A stretch of DNA of 64,000 nucleotides from an uncultured Gemmatimonadales bacterium (GCA_963816355.1 CAWFKH010000003.1:1120001-1184000); one strand, 5' to 3'; shown: positions 31,695-40,314, numbered from the stretch's first letter. Notes: generated by a model not told the origin, from the letters alone. A program made the numbers and translations.

Positions 31695-32263
31695 TGCAAC
31701 AGCTCCCGGAGCCGCCTCATGCCGTGGTGATAGTTCACGCGCGCCGCCACTTCACTGCAGCCGAGCACGGCGCCGATTTCGCGGTGGGTCAGTCCCTGGT
31801 AGATCCGCAGCGACACCGCCAGTCTCTGCTTCTCCGGCAGCGCGTCGAGCGCCACCGTCGCGCGCCGCACCTCGGCTGCCATCACCGCCGTCGTCGCGGG
31901 ATCGGCGGCGCCGTCGGGCAGCGACTCGGCCGGATCGAGGCCTCGCTCCCGCCGCCGGCCGGAGCGCCGCAGCGCGCTCTTCGCCGCGTTCGCCGCGATG
32001 CGGAGCAGCCAGGTGCGGAAGCTCGCGTCGCCGCGGAATCCGGAGAGCCCCCGCAACGCCAGGATCCACGCTTCCTGCGCCGCATCCTCGGCCGCCTCCG
32101 GGTCGAGCGTGATCCGGCGCGCCACCTGAAACACCGCACTCAGGTGACGCGACACCAGCGCATCCAGCGCCGCCGCGTCTCCCTGCCGGGCACGCGCGAC
32201 GAGGACGTCGTCCGCCTCGCCGATGGCGCCTCGATCCCGAGCTGCCTCGCGACTCTCGTTCAC
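31691..32263 (-). CDS. ECF RNA polymerase sigma factor
   Basis: GDAAA, AEDAAQEA, FRGDASFRTWLLRIA, LPEKQR, region 4 HTH. Confidence 0.93.
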   Translation of the reverse strand: MNESREAARDRGAIGEADDVLVARARQGDAAALDALVSRHLSAVFQVARRITLDPEAAEDAAQEAWILALRGLSGFRGDASFRTWLLRIAANAAKSALRRSGRRRERGLDPAESLPDGAADPATTAVMAAEVRRATVALDALPEKQRLAVSLRIYQGLTHREIGAVLGCSEVAARVNYHHGMRRLRELLQ

Positions 32264-32274
32264 CCTGTCCTACG

Positions 32275-32300
32275 GACGCGCAATGCGCCGGAAACGTAAA
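32275..32300 (-). promoter_or_regulatory. Candidate ECF promoter of the sigma/anti-sigma/Spy operon
   Basis: TTTAC-GTTTCCGG-N9-CGTC, 11 nt before GTG; the same core precedes the second ECF gene. Confidence 0.65.
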
Positions 32301-32345
32301 AAGGCCGGGGGAGCTCCGCGCGCTGCCGCGCGGGCGCCCCCGGCC
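32298..32345 (-). terminator. Intrinsic terminator after the HU gene
   Basis: GGCCGGGGG/CCCCCGGCC plus CCGCGCG/CGCGCGG stem followed by TTTTT. Confidence 0.8.
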
Positions 32346-32373
32346 CTGCCCGACCCGAACGGCGCTCTGGCCG

Positions 32374-32664
32374 TCAGTCGCCGTTGGCCGACACCTGCAC
32401 GCGCAGGTCCTTCGATGGCTTGAAGACCGGAACGGCCCGCGAAGGAACCTTGACCGGGTCGCCCGTACGAGGGTTGCGCGCCATGCGGGAGCGGCGCTCG
32501 CGCACCTTGAACGTGCCGAAACCGCGGATCTCGATGTGGTTGTGCTCCGACAACGCCTTCTTGATGGCGTTCAGCAAGCCATCCACGACGAGGGCACAGT
32601 CCTTCTTCGTGATCCCTGGCCCGATCGCATCCGCTACCTGCTCGACGAGATCCGCTTTCGTCAT
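32374..32664 (-). CDS. HU/IHF family DNA-binding protein
   Basis: MTKADLVEQV, IEIRGFGTF, ARNPRTG, PVFKPS; SD GGAGG. Confidence 0.95.
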   Translation of the reverse strand: MTKADLVEQVADAIGPGITKKDCALVVDGLLNAIKKALSEHNHIEIRGFGTFKVRERRSRMARNPRTGDPVKVPSRAVPVFKPSKDLRVQVSANGD

Positions 32665-32896
32665 TGTTCCTCCCTGCCGGCTCTCATGCCGTGGATCCGG
32701 GCGCCGGATCTCCCGGACGTGGCTCTCGGTGGACATCGATGATGACCGCTGCCGCGCGGACCCGCGAGGAACGCGAGTCGCGCGCGCGTCGCTATCGACC
32801 GACGCGCATCGGGGCGCGGAGCGAACCGGTACAGAGGCCGCCGCTGGCATCGGAGCTTTGGTCGAACTCGTTATCGCTAAACGCGATAGGCGCCGT

Positions 32897-32926
32897 ACAT
32901 TAGTGTCGCCGACGGGACCGCGTCAA
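32897..32926 (-). promoter_or_regulatory. Sigma70-type promoter for HU, implying a leader of about 225 nt
   Basis: TTGACG-N18-TAATGT. Confidence 0.65.
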
Positions 32927-32931
32927 GACTT

Positions 32932-34041
32932 CTACGATGCGGCCGACGCGATTTCCTCGACGAAGCGATCGAACAGATAGCGCGAATCGTGTGGGCCGGG
33001 CGCCGACTCCGGGTGGTACTGCACGCTGAAGACCGGGAGGTCCCGGTGTGCGACCCCTTCGACGGTGCCGTCGTTCAGGTTGACGTGGGTGACGCGGAGC
33101 TCCGGCGCCCCGGGGACGGCATCGCCTTCGCCGCCGCGCACGGCGAAGCCGTGGTTCTGGGCCGTGATCTCCACTGCGCCGGTGTCGAGCCGGCGCACCG
33201 GGTGATTCGCGCCACGATGGCCGTAGAGCAGCTTGTACGTCTGCGCCCCGAAGGCGCGGCCGATCAGCTGATGGCCGAGACAGATGCCGAAGATCGGCAG
33301 CCCGCTCGAGGCGGCGCCGCGGATCGCCCGCAGTGCCGGCTCGACGGCGTCCGGATCCCCGGGTCCGTTGGAGAGGAAGAGGCCGTCCGGATCCCGCTCG
33401 AGGAGGGCCTCCAGCGGCTCACCGGCGGGGAGCACGGTGACACGGCAGCCGCGCTCGGCGAGCAGCCGGAGCGAGTGCGACTTCACGCCGAAATCGTACG
33501 CGGCGACGTGGAACCGCTCGTCGCCCCGCGCCGGCACGTCGTACGCCTTGCCGGTGGTCACCGCGCCGGTGAGATCGAGGTGCTCCATGCGTGGCTGCGC
33601 CTCGATCCGGGCGGCCACCTCCCCGGGCGCGACGTCCGCCGGTGCGATCGCGCCGCGCATGGCGCCGGCGGAGCGGATGTGGCGCGTGAGCGCGCGCGTG
33701 TCGACCTCGCTCAGCGCGACGACGCCGGCGCGCTCGAGGTACGCGTCGAGCGAACCCTCGGCGCGCCAGCCGGAGTAGCGCCGCGCCATCTCCCGCACGA
33801 TGAAGCCGGCGACCTGCGGACGGGCCGACTCCTGGTCCTCCCGGTTGACGCCGTAATTGCCGATCAGCGGGTAGGTCATGGTGACGATCTGGCCGGCGTA
33901 GGAGGGGTCGGTCAACACCTCCTGATAACCGGTCATCGAGGTGTTGAAGACCACCTCGCCGACGGCCACGCCGCGCGCGCCCACGGCCTCACCGTGGAAG
34001 CGCCGTCCGTCTTCGAGCAGCAGGTAGGCCGGATTCGCCAT
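32932..34041 (-). CDS. carA: Carbamoyl-phosphate synthase small subunit
   Basis: GEVVFNTSMTGYQE, SNGPGDP, GICLGHQ, QYHPE. Confidence 0.97.
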   Translation of the reverse strand: MANPAYLLLEDGRRFHGEAVGARGVAVGEVVFNTSMTGYQEVLTDPSYAGQIVTMTYPLIGNYGVNREDQESARPQVAGFIVREMARRYSGWRAEGSLDAYLERAGVVALSEVDTRALTRHIRSAGAMRGAIAPADVAPGEVAARIEAQPRMEHLDLTGAVTTGKAYDVPARGDERFHVAAYDFGVKSHSLRLLAERGCRVTVLPAGEPLEALLERDPDGLFLSNGPGDPDAVEPALRAIRGAASSGLPIFGICLGHQLIGRAFGAQTYKLLYGHRGANHPVRRLDTGAVEITAQNHGFAVRGGEGDAVPGAPELRVTHVNLNDGTVEGVAHRDLPVFSVQYHPESAPGPHDSRYLFDRFVEEIASAAS

Positions 34042-34060
34042 CGGGTCGGGTCGGATCGGA
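34041..34060. repeat. Pentamer tandem repeat (TCGGR)x4 in the carA leader
   Basis: TCGGG TCGGG TCGGA TCGGA directly abutting the start codon. Confidence 0.6.
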
Positions 34061-34077
34061 TGGGGATGGAGTGCCGC

Positions 34078-34105
34078 AAGGTAATGGCTCGCCTGGGGTT
34101 GTCAA
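34078..34105 (-). promoter_or_regulatory. Sigma70-type promoter for carA
   Basis: TTGACA-N16-TACCTT. Confidence 0.6.
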
Positions 34106-34115
34106 GCCGCGCCGC

Positions 34116-36113
34116 TCACGCTCCGCGACGCTGGCCCGGCGGGGGCGGCGTGGGGCCCGCTGCGACGATCGCATCCAGTACGGCGAAGAGCGCGGGCAGC
34201 TCGAACGGCTTGTCGAGCACGGGCCGCTTCACCTCCTCGATGAAGCGGTGCACCTCCTCCGCGACGTTGTCGCCGGTGCACAGCACGAGGCGCTCGACGT
34301 AGGCGGGATGATGGCTCGCGATCCAGCGCACCATCTCCATGCCGTTCATACCCGGCATCTTCAGATCCGTGAGGACGACATCGAACGCCTCGCCGCTCGC
34401 CTCGGCCTCCGCGATGCGCGAGGTGGCGACGGCGCCGTTCTCCGCCTCCACGATCTGCCACCCGCGGCGCCGGAGCGCGCGCCCGATCAGCCTGCGGAGC
34501 GCGGCCTCGTCGTCCACGATCAGGATGCGGTGCCCACCGTCCGGGTTCGGCGCCGCCGCCGCGACCTCGTGGCCGGACTCGGCCGCAGGCGCCGGCGCCG
34601 CGGTGGCCGTCGCGACGTCGCTCGATGCGTCCTCGACGGCGCCGTCGCTGCGCGGCAGCTCGACCACGAAGCGGGCGCCGCCTCCCTCGCAGTTCGCCGC
34701 CCGGACCGTACCGCCGTGGTTCTCGATCGCGTTGCGGGCGAGGAAGAGGCCGAGACCGGTTCCCTCCCCCACCGCGCGCGTCGTGAAGAACGCCTCGAAG
34801 ATGCGCGGCAGCGTGGCCTCTGGAATGCCGGGACCGTCGTCCTCGACGGTGAGGCGCGTCGAGGTCTCGTCCGCCTCGATCCGGATGCGCACGGTCCCGC
34901 CCGGTCCCGTGGCGCGCGCCGCGTTGTCCACGATGTTGGTGAGCGCGCGCTCCAGGAGCCTCGCGCTGCCCCGCACGAAGCTGAGCTGATGCCGGGAGAA
35001 GTCAATGCGAGGCGAGGCGGGGCCCAGGCGAGAGCGGACCGTTTCGACCGCGGCGCGGGCGATGCGCCCCAGATCGAAGACGCCGGACCGCCCCACCTCC
35101 GGACGCGTCGCGACCAGCAGCTCGCGCACGATCTCGCGGGCGCGCGAAGCGTGGCTCCGGATCACCTCGACGGCGACGTCGCGGTCGCGCCCGTCGGCGG
35201 TTCCCTGAAGCAGCTCCTCCGAGGCGAGCAGGACCGCCGCGAGTGGGTTGTTCAGCTCGTGCGCCACGCCCGACACGAGCGAGCCGACGGCGGCGAGCTT
35301 TTCGGACTCGTGGAGCGCCGCCTCGGCGGAAGCCAGCCGCCCGAGCGACTCGGTGGCCGCATTCAGCTCGCGGGCGAGCACGCGGAACTCCGTCGGGAAG
35401 CGGGAGCCGTCGGTTCGCGCGTCAAAGTCGCCGCGGCTCAGTGCGCCGGCGTGCGTGAGGAGCTTCTGGAGCGGGCGGCGCAGCGCGTGCGCAATGCGGG
35501 CGCTGACGAGCGCGGCGAGCAGGAGCGCGCCGAGGAGCAGGCCGAGCACCACGAAGCCCCCCCGCTGAGCGGCGCGCTGGAGCGTCGCCGATGCATCGAG
35601 CAGCCGCTGTACGCGCGCGGAGCGAAGCTGCGCGATGCCGATGTGGACGGCGTCCGCCTCCGAGCGCGCCTGCTGCGTCTCCACTCTCATCTCGGCGAGG
35701 CGGCCGAGGTCGCGCAGCCGGTTGGCGCGCGCGTAATGGATCTCCGCTCGGGCGAGGTTCTGCGACACGCGTCCGAGGACGAGCACCTCCTGGCTCGTCT
35801 GGCCGAAGGCGCGCGCGAGGCGCCCGAATACGCTCGTGGCGGAGCGGGAGCGCCGATGGAACTCCGCCTCCGCGGCCGGTTCGCCCTCGGCGAGGTAGCG
35901 CTCCGCCGCCGAGAACTCGGCGAGGATCGCGGTCTCCAGATCGGCCTCGAGCGCGGACTCCGTCTCCAGGCTCGTCAGCGTGCGGCCGACGAGCGTCGAC
36001 ATGCGATCCAGGGTGCGCCAGCCGAGGAACGAAGTAACGACGATGAGCACGCCGATCGCGAGCATCGAGGCGCGGACGCGCACACGGATGCTGGTGGGAG
36101 CGCGGCGCTTCAC
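34116..36113 (-). CDS. Hybrid sensor histidine kinase (TM-helical sensor-TM-HAMP-HisKA-HATPase-REC)
   Basis: AHELNNPL, NIVDNA, DDGPGI, GTGLGL; receiver ILIVDDE, TDLKMP, KPF. Confidence 0.93.
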   Translation of the reverse strand: MKRRAPTSIRVRVRASMLAIGVLIVVTSFLGWRTLDRMSTLVGRTLTSLETESALEADLETAILAEFSAAERYLAEGEPAAEAEFHRRSRSATSVFGRLARAFGQTSQEVLVLGRVSQNLARAEIHYARANRLRDLGRLAEMRVETQQARSEADAVHIGIAQLRSARVQRLLDASATLQRAAQRGGFVVLGLLLGALLLAALVSARIAHALRRPLQKLLTHAGALSRGDFDARTDGSRFPTEFRVLARELNAATESLGRLASAEAALHESEKLAAVGSLVSGVAHELNNPLAAVLLASEELLQGTADGRDRDVAVEVIRSHASRAREIVRELLVATRPEVGRSGVFDLGRIARAAVETVRSRLGPASPRIDFSRHQLSFVRGSARLLERALTNIVDNAARATGPGGTVRIRIEADETSTRLTVEDDGPGIPEATLPRIFEAFFTTRAVGEGTGLGLFLARNAIENHGGTVRAANCEGGGARFVVELPRSDGAVEDASSDVATATAAPAPAAESGHEVAAAAPNPDGGHRILIVDDEAALRRLIGRALRRRGWQIVEAENGAVATSRIAEAEASGEAFDVVLTDLKMPGMNGMEMVRWIASHHPAYVERLVLCTGDNVAEEVHRFIEEVKRPVLDKPFELPALFAVLDAIVAAGPTPPPPGQRRGA

Positions 36114-37210
36114 GGACGCCGTGCCCGGATCGGATCGGCTCTGCCGTCCACGAGCTGGACGAGGCGGGCCTCGCCGCCCCTGCGGTCGCCGTCGCGCGCG
36201 AACGACACCCGGCCCGTGACGCCAGGGACGCCGCCCGCGTCGGCGAGGCCGGCGAGCGCGCCGCGAATCGCCGCGCGCCCGGTGCCGCCGCGCCGCATCG
36301 CCGCGACGACCGCCATCACGGCGTCATAGGAGAGCGCCGCCTGGGCGTCCGGGACCACGCCGTACGCCGCCTGGAAACGGCTCACGAAACGGGCGGCCGA
36401 CGAATCGTCCGGAACCGCGACGAACGGCACCGCCAGGATCACCTCGCCCGCGATGTCCTGCCGGCCCACCAGACCGAGCAGCGGGTCGGAGCTGACGAAC
36501 GTCGCCTCGATCCCCGCCGCGCGCGCGTCGTGGATGATGCCGGCCGCCACCGACGCCCGCGTGCCGAGGAAGACGACGTCCGGAGCCCGCCGCCGGAGCA
36601 GGGAGAGCACCGGCTCGACGGCGGCGCCACCGCTGTCCACGCCGATCGGGTCGGCCACCTCGATGGTGCCCGGGAACTGGTCCTCGAACGCCCACGCCAT
36701 GCTGCGCGCCCGACTGCTCAGGTTCTCGTGAAGCACCGCGGCCGTTCGCCAGCCGCGCCGCCGCGACAGCGACGCGAGGACCGCCGCGTACGCCGAGTCG
36801 GTGAGGTTGAGGCGGAACGCCCACGGCGAGATACCGGTCAGCTCCGGCGAGGTGGTGGTGGGAGCGACGGAGGCGAGGTGCCCCTCGTAGATCGAGGCCG
36901 AGCTGCGCGTCGACGGGGCGTTGGAATGGCCCACGACCGCGACGATCTGGCCGTCGCGCACGATGCGCGTCGCCACCGCGACGGCGGAGTCCGGCAAACC
37001 GCCGTCGTCGAAATAGCGGATGCGGAGGGGTCTGCCATCGATGCCGCCCGCCTCGTCGACGACGCGCCCGGCCAGCTCGACGCCGCGCCGTGACATGGCG
37101 CCGTCGGGCGTGCTCCACCAGCCGGCCGCGGCGAGCACGACCGGCTCGCGCGGCCCGCACCCGAAGGAGGTGGCGAGCAACACTGCCCATATGCGACTTC
37201 GCACCGACAT
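36110..37210 (-). CDS. LivJ/K-like (type 1) solute-binding lipoprotein
   Basis: Lipobox-like TSFGC, GGIDGRPL..DD, VVGH, WAFRL, SYDAV, GVTGRVSF...GDR. Confidence 0.85.
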   Translation of the reverse strand: MSVRSRIWAVLLATSFGCGPREPVVLAAAGWWSTPDGAMSRRGVELAGRVVDEAGGIDGRPLRIRYFDDGGLPDSAVAVATRIVRDGQIVAVVGHSNAPSTRSSASIYEGHLASVAPTTTSPELTGISPWAFRLNLTDSAYAAVLASLSRRRGWRTAAVLHENLSSRARSMAWAFEDQFPGTIEVADPIGVDSGGAAVEPVLSLLRRRAPDVVFLGTRASVAAGIIHDARAAGIEATFVSSDPLLGLVGRQDIAGEVILAVPFVAVPDDSSAARFVSRFQAAYGVVPDAQAALSYDAVMAVVAAMRRGGTGRAAIRGALAGLADAGGVPGVTGRVSFARDGDRRGGEARLVQLVDGRADPIRARRP

Positions 37211-37459
37211 CGGTGCCGTTCCATTCCGGCGGTCAGGGGTGGGGGGTCACACGCACCCCCGACACAACAATGAACCCATGCGTATCGCGACACAAGCTTT
37301 GCGCACAACGACTTGCACGCTTCAGCCCGGCGGAGCCGCCGTGCCACGGACCCGCGGCGGGTGTCACGCGCGCGCCACCGGGCGTATCATCCCGGCGACG
37401 ACGTCCCTCCTCCCGCCGCCGGCGCGAGGCCGCTCCGCCGCACCCGACGGAAAGAACCG

Positions 37460-38080
37460 ATGGGCCCGCTGATCCACATCTTCGCCGACGAATCGTGCCT
37501 CGGCAACACGCGCGACCGTCCGAGCCGCGGCGGCGCCGCGGGCATGCTGGCGTACTGGACCGGCGGCCAGTGGGAGCGGCGCGACTTCTGGATCAGCGAG
37601 GCGGCGACGACGAACAATCGGATGGCGATCCGCAGCGCGATCGAGGCGCTGCGCCACCTGAAGCGGGCGTCGCGCGTCGTGTTCACGTCGGACTCGCAGT
37701 ACCTCGTGAGAGGCATGGACTCGTGGGTTCACGGCTGGATCCGGCGAGGGTGGAAGCGGAAGGGTGGCGCCGTCGAGAACGTCGAGCTGTGGCAGGAGCT
37801 GGTCCGCGTCGCCGCGCGCCACGAGGTCGAGTGGAGTTGGGTCCGCGGTCACGCCGGCCATCCGGAAAACGAATACGCCAACGAGCTGGCGACGCGCGCG
37901 GCGCGCGAGCAGAACGATTCGCGCGGGCTCGTGCCCTCCGGTTTCTCGGCCTGGCTCGAGGAGGAGCGGGAGGGTCACGAGCGCTACCTGGACTACTTCG
38001 AGTTCGAGCCTCCCACGGAACGGCCGTTTCGCCCCTCCCGGCCGCCGGGGCGCGCCGCGGGCGGGGGCGGCGAGGAGTGA
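37460..38080 (+). CDS. rnhA: Ribonuclease HI with a non-canonical active site
   Basis: ADESCLGN, TTNNRM, TSDSQYL, W...GWK, VENVELWQEL, WVRGHAGHPENE. Confidence 0.9.
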   Translation: MGPLIHIFADESCLGNTRDRPSRGGAAGMLAYWTGGQWERRDFWISEAATTNNRMAIRSAIEALRHLKRASRVVFTSDSQYLVRGMDSWVHGWIRRGWKRKGGAVENVELWQELVRVAARHEVEWSWVRGHAGHPENEYANELATRAAREQNDSRGLVPSGFSAWLEEEREGHERYLDYFEFEPPTERPFRPSRPPGRAAGGGGEE

Positions 38081-38790
38081 GCGTAGGCCGGCGCGTGCGC
38101 TCGCGGCCCTGAGTCCGCGCCGAACACGTCCGCGAACGCCGCCGTGACCCGCTCCTCCGCCACCTCCATCGCGCAGCGGTGGCCGAGAACGGCCCCGATG
38201 GACGTCACGCCGTGGTTCGTGATCCCGCACGGCACGATGGCGTCGAAGTAGGCGAGGTTGGTAGAGACGTTGAGCGCGAATCCGTGCGACGTGATCCAGC
38301 CGCTGGAGACGCGTACTCCGATCGCCGCGATCTTCCCGTCGCCGACCCACACGCCGGTGAGTCCCGTCTTCCGTCCCGCTTCGATCCCCCACGTGGCGAG
38401 GGCCCGGATCAGGACCTCCTCGAGGTCACGGACGTAGCCGTGCAGGTCGCGGCGGTCCGGCGAGAGGCCGAGAATCGGATATCCGACGAGCTGACCCGGC
38501 CCGTGATAGGTGACGTCGCCGCCTCGGCCGGTCTCGAAGAGGTCGATCCCGAGCAGCGTCCTCGCGGCGTCGTCGACGAGGACGTGGCCGGTGTCGGAAG
38601 AGGAGCCGAGGGTGATGACGTGCGGGTGTTCCAGCAGCAGGAGCTGGTCCGGGATCTCGCCCACGCGACGTCGGCGGACGAGGTCCTCCTGGAGAGAAAG
38701 CGCCTCGGCGTAGGGCACACGTCCGAGGCGCTTCACCTCCAGCGTCCGGCCGCCGGAGTGGCGGCCGCCGAGCGGCCGGTGCGTCGCTAT
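37993..38790 (-). CDS. lipB: Lipoyl(octanoyl) transferase (start uncertain)
   Basis: LLEHPHVITLG, RGGDVTYHGPGQ, KIAAIG, SHGFALN, IVPCG. Start is ATA 38790 or GTG 38736. Confidence 0.92.
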   Translation of the reverse strand: MATHRPLGGRHSGGRTLEVKRLGRVPYAEALSLQEDLVRRRRVGEIPDQLLLLEHPHVITLGSSSDTGHVLVDDAARTLLGIDLFETGRGGDVTYHGPGQLVGYPILGLSPDRRDLHGYVRDLEEVLIRALATWGIEAGRKTGLTGVWVGDGKIAAIGVRVSSGWITSHGFALNVSTNLAYFDAIVPCGITNHGVTSIGAVLGHRCAMEVAEERVTAAFADVFGADSGPRAHAPAYAHSSPPPPAARPGGREGRNGRSVGGSNSK

Positions 38791-40274
38791 GCGGTCTCCT
38801 CCGGGAAGCTCTCCAGGAACGCCTTCAGCCGGGCGAGGAAGCGCGCGGCGTCGGCACCGTCCACGATGCGATGATCGTAGCCGAGGGAGAAGAGGGAGCG
38901 CTTGCGGATCACGATCGCATCCGCGCCGTCGACCTCCTCGACGACCGGCCGCTTCTCGATCGCGCCGGTGCCGAGAATGGCGGCCGTCCCCTCCGGTATG
39001 ACCGGCATGCCCACCATGGTGCCCAGCACGCCGGGGTTCGTGATCGAGAACGTGGCGCCCATCACCTCGTCCGGCTTGAGCCGCCGCTCGCGGGCGCGCG
39101 CCGCGAGATCGTTGATCCGCTTCGCGATGCCGACCAGCGCGAGCTCGTCCGCGTTGCGCAGGACCGGCACGATCAGGCCCGGGTTCAGGTCGACCGCGAT
39201 CCCCACGTTGATGTCGCCGCGGAAGAGGAGGTTGTTGCCGGAGACGGTGGCGTTCACCATGGGGAATTCCTGGAGCACGCGGGCGCACGCGAAGGCGACG
39301 AAGGCGGTGTAGCTCACCTTCACGCCCGCCTCCTCCCACCGGGCCTTTCCGGCCGCGCGGACGCGGTCCACGCGCGTGAAATCGATCTCGATGAAGGAGT
39401 GGACGTGGGGCGCGATCCGCTTCGCCCGCACCATGTGGTCCGCCGTGAGCTTGCGGATGCGGTCCATCGGCTCCAGGCGGTCGTGCTCCCGTGGCTGGAA
39501 TTCCGGGTGCCGCACCTCGCCGTAGAAGATGTCCCAGAACTCGTCCGTGGTGAAGGCGCCGCCGGCCGGCGTCCGCTCCCGAGGCCGGCCCGCCTCCACC
39601 GCTCCGCCCACCGTCGCCGCTTCCTTCTGCGCCGGCGCCTTCGCGCGCGCGTCGATGAACGCCAGAATGTCCTGCTTCGTCACGCGCCCCGCGTGGCCGG
39701 TCCCGGACACCTTCTGGAGGTCGACGTCGTGCTCCGAGGCGATCCGCCGCACGAGCGGGGTCGAGCGCCGCCGCAGCCGCTCCTCCGCGCTCTCGGCGCG
39801 GCCGTTCCCGCTCGGCTTCTCGGCGCCCGCCCCGGACGCCGGTGCTTCACGGGGCGACGCCGGCGCGGCGGCGGTCGCGGTCGCGGCGGCCTCCGCCGCG
39901 GCCGGTGATGCTTCGCCTTTGCCCGCTGCCGCGGGCGCGGCGCTCTCATCGGTCGCCGCCTGCTTCGCCGCGGCGGCGGAATCGCCGCCGGCGGCGGGCG
40001 CCTGCGCCGCCGGCGCATCCGCGGCAGCGCCCTTCTCGGTCTCGATGTAGGCGACGATCGTCCCGACTTCGACGGTCTCGCCCTCCGACACCGCGATTTC
40101 GGCGAGGGTCCCGGCGGCGGGTGCGGGGATCTCGGCATCGACCTTGTCGGTCGAGATCTCGAGGATCGGCTCGTCACGCTCGACGGCATCGCCGACCTGC
40201 TTCAGCCATTTCGAGACGGTGCCCTCGGCGATCGATTCGCCCATCTGGGGCATCGGCACTTCGATCTTCGCCAT
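38787..40274 (-). CDS. 2-oxoacid dehydrogenase E2 (dihydrolipoamide acyltransferase)
   Basis: One lipoyl domain (STDKV), PSBD (TPLVRRIA...GTG..GRV), DHRIVDG. Confidence 0.93.
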   Translation of the reverse strand: MAKIEVPMPQMGESIAEGTVSKWLKQVGDAVERDEPILEISTDKVDAEIPAPAAGTLAEIAVSEGETVEVGTIVAYIETEKGAAADAPAAQAPAAGGDSAAAAKQAATDESAAPAAAGKGEASPAAAEAAATATAAAPASPREAPASGAGAEKPSGNGRAESAEERLRRRSTPLVRRIASEHDVDLQKVSGTGHAGRVTKQDILAFIDARAKAPAQKEAATVGGAVEAGRPRERTPAGGAFTTDEFWDIFYGEVRHPEFQPREHDRLEPMDRIRKLTADHMVRAKRIAPHVHSFIEIDFTRVDRVRAAGKARWEEAGVKVSYTAFVAFACARVLQEFPMVNATVSGNNLLFRGDINVGIAVDLNPGLIVPVLRNADELALVGIAKRINDLAARARERRLKPDEVMGATFSITNPGVLGTMVGMPVIPEGTAAILGTGAIEKRPVVEEVDGADAIVIRKRSLFSLGYDHRIVDGADAARFLARLKAFLESFPEETA

Positions 40275-40314
40275 CTTCACACTCCGAGCGATGTCGGGGA
40301 GCGCAGGATCGTCG

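Noticed and set aside
37993..38080. Convergent 3' overlaps (rnhA/lipB 88 nt; also dcd/DUF309 20 nt) as antisense regulation
   Set aside because: The overlapping tails are low-complexity run-ons typical of high-GC genomes.
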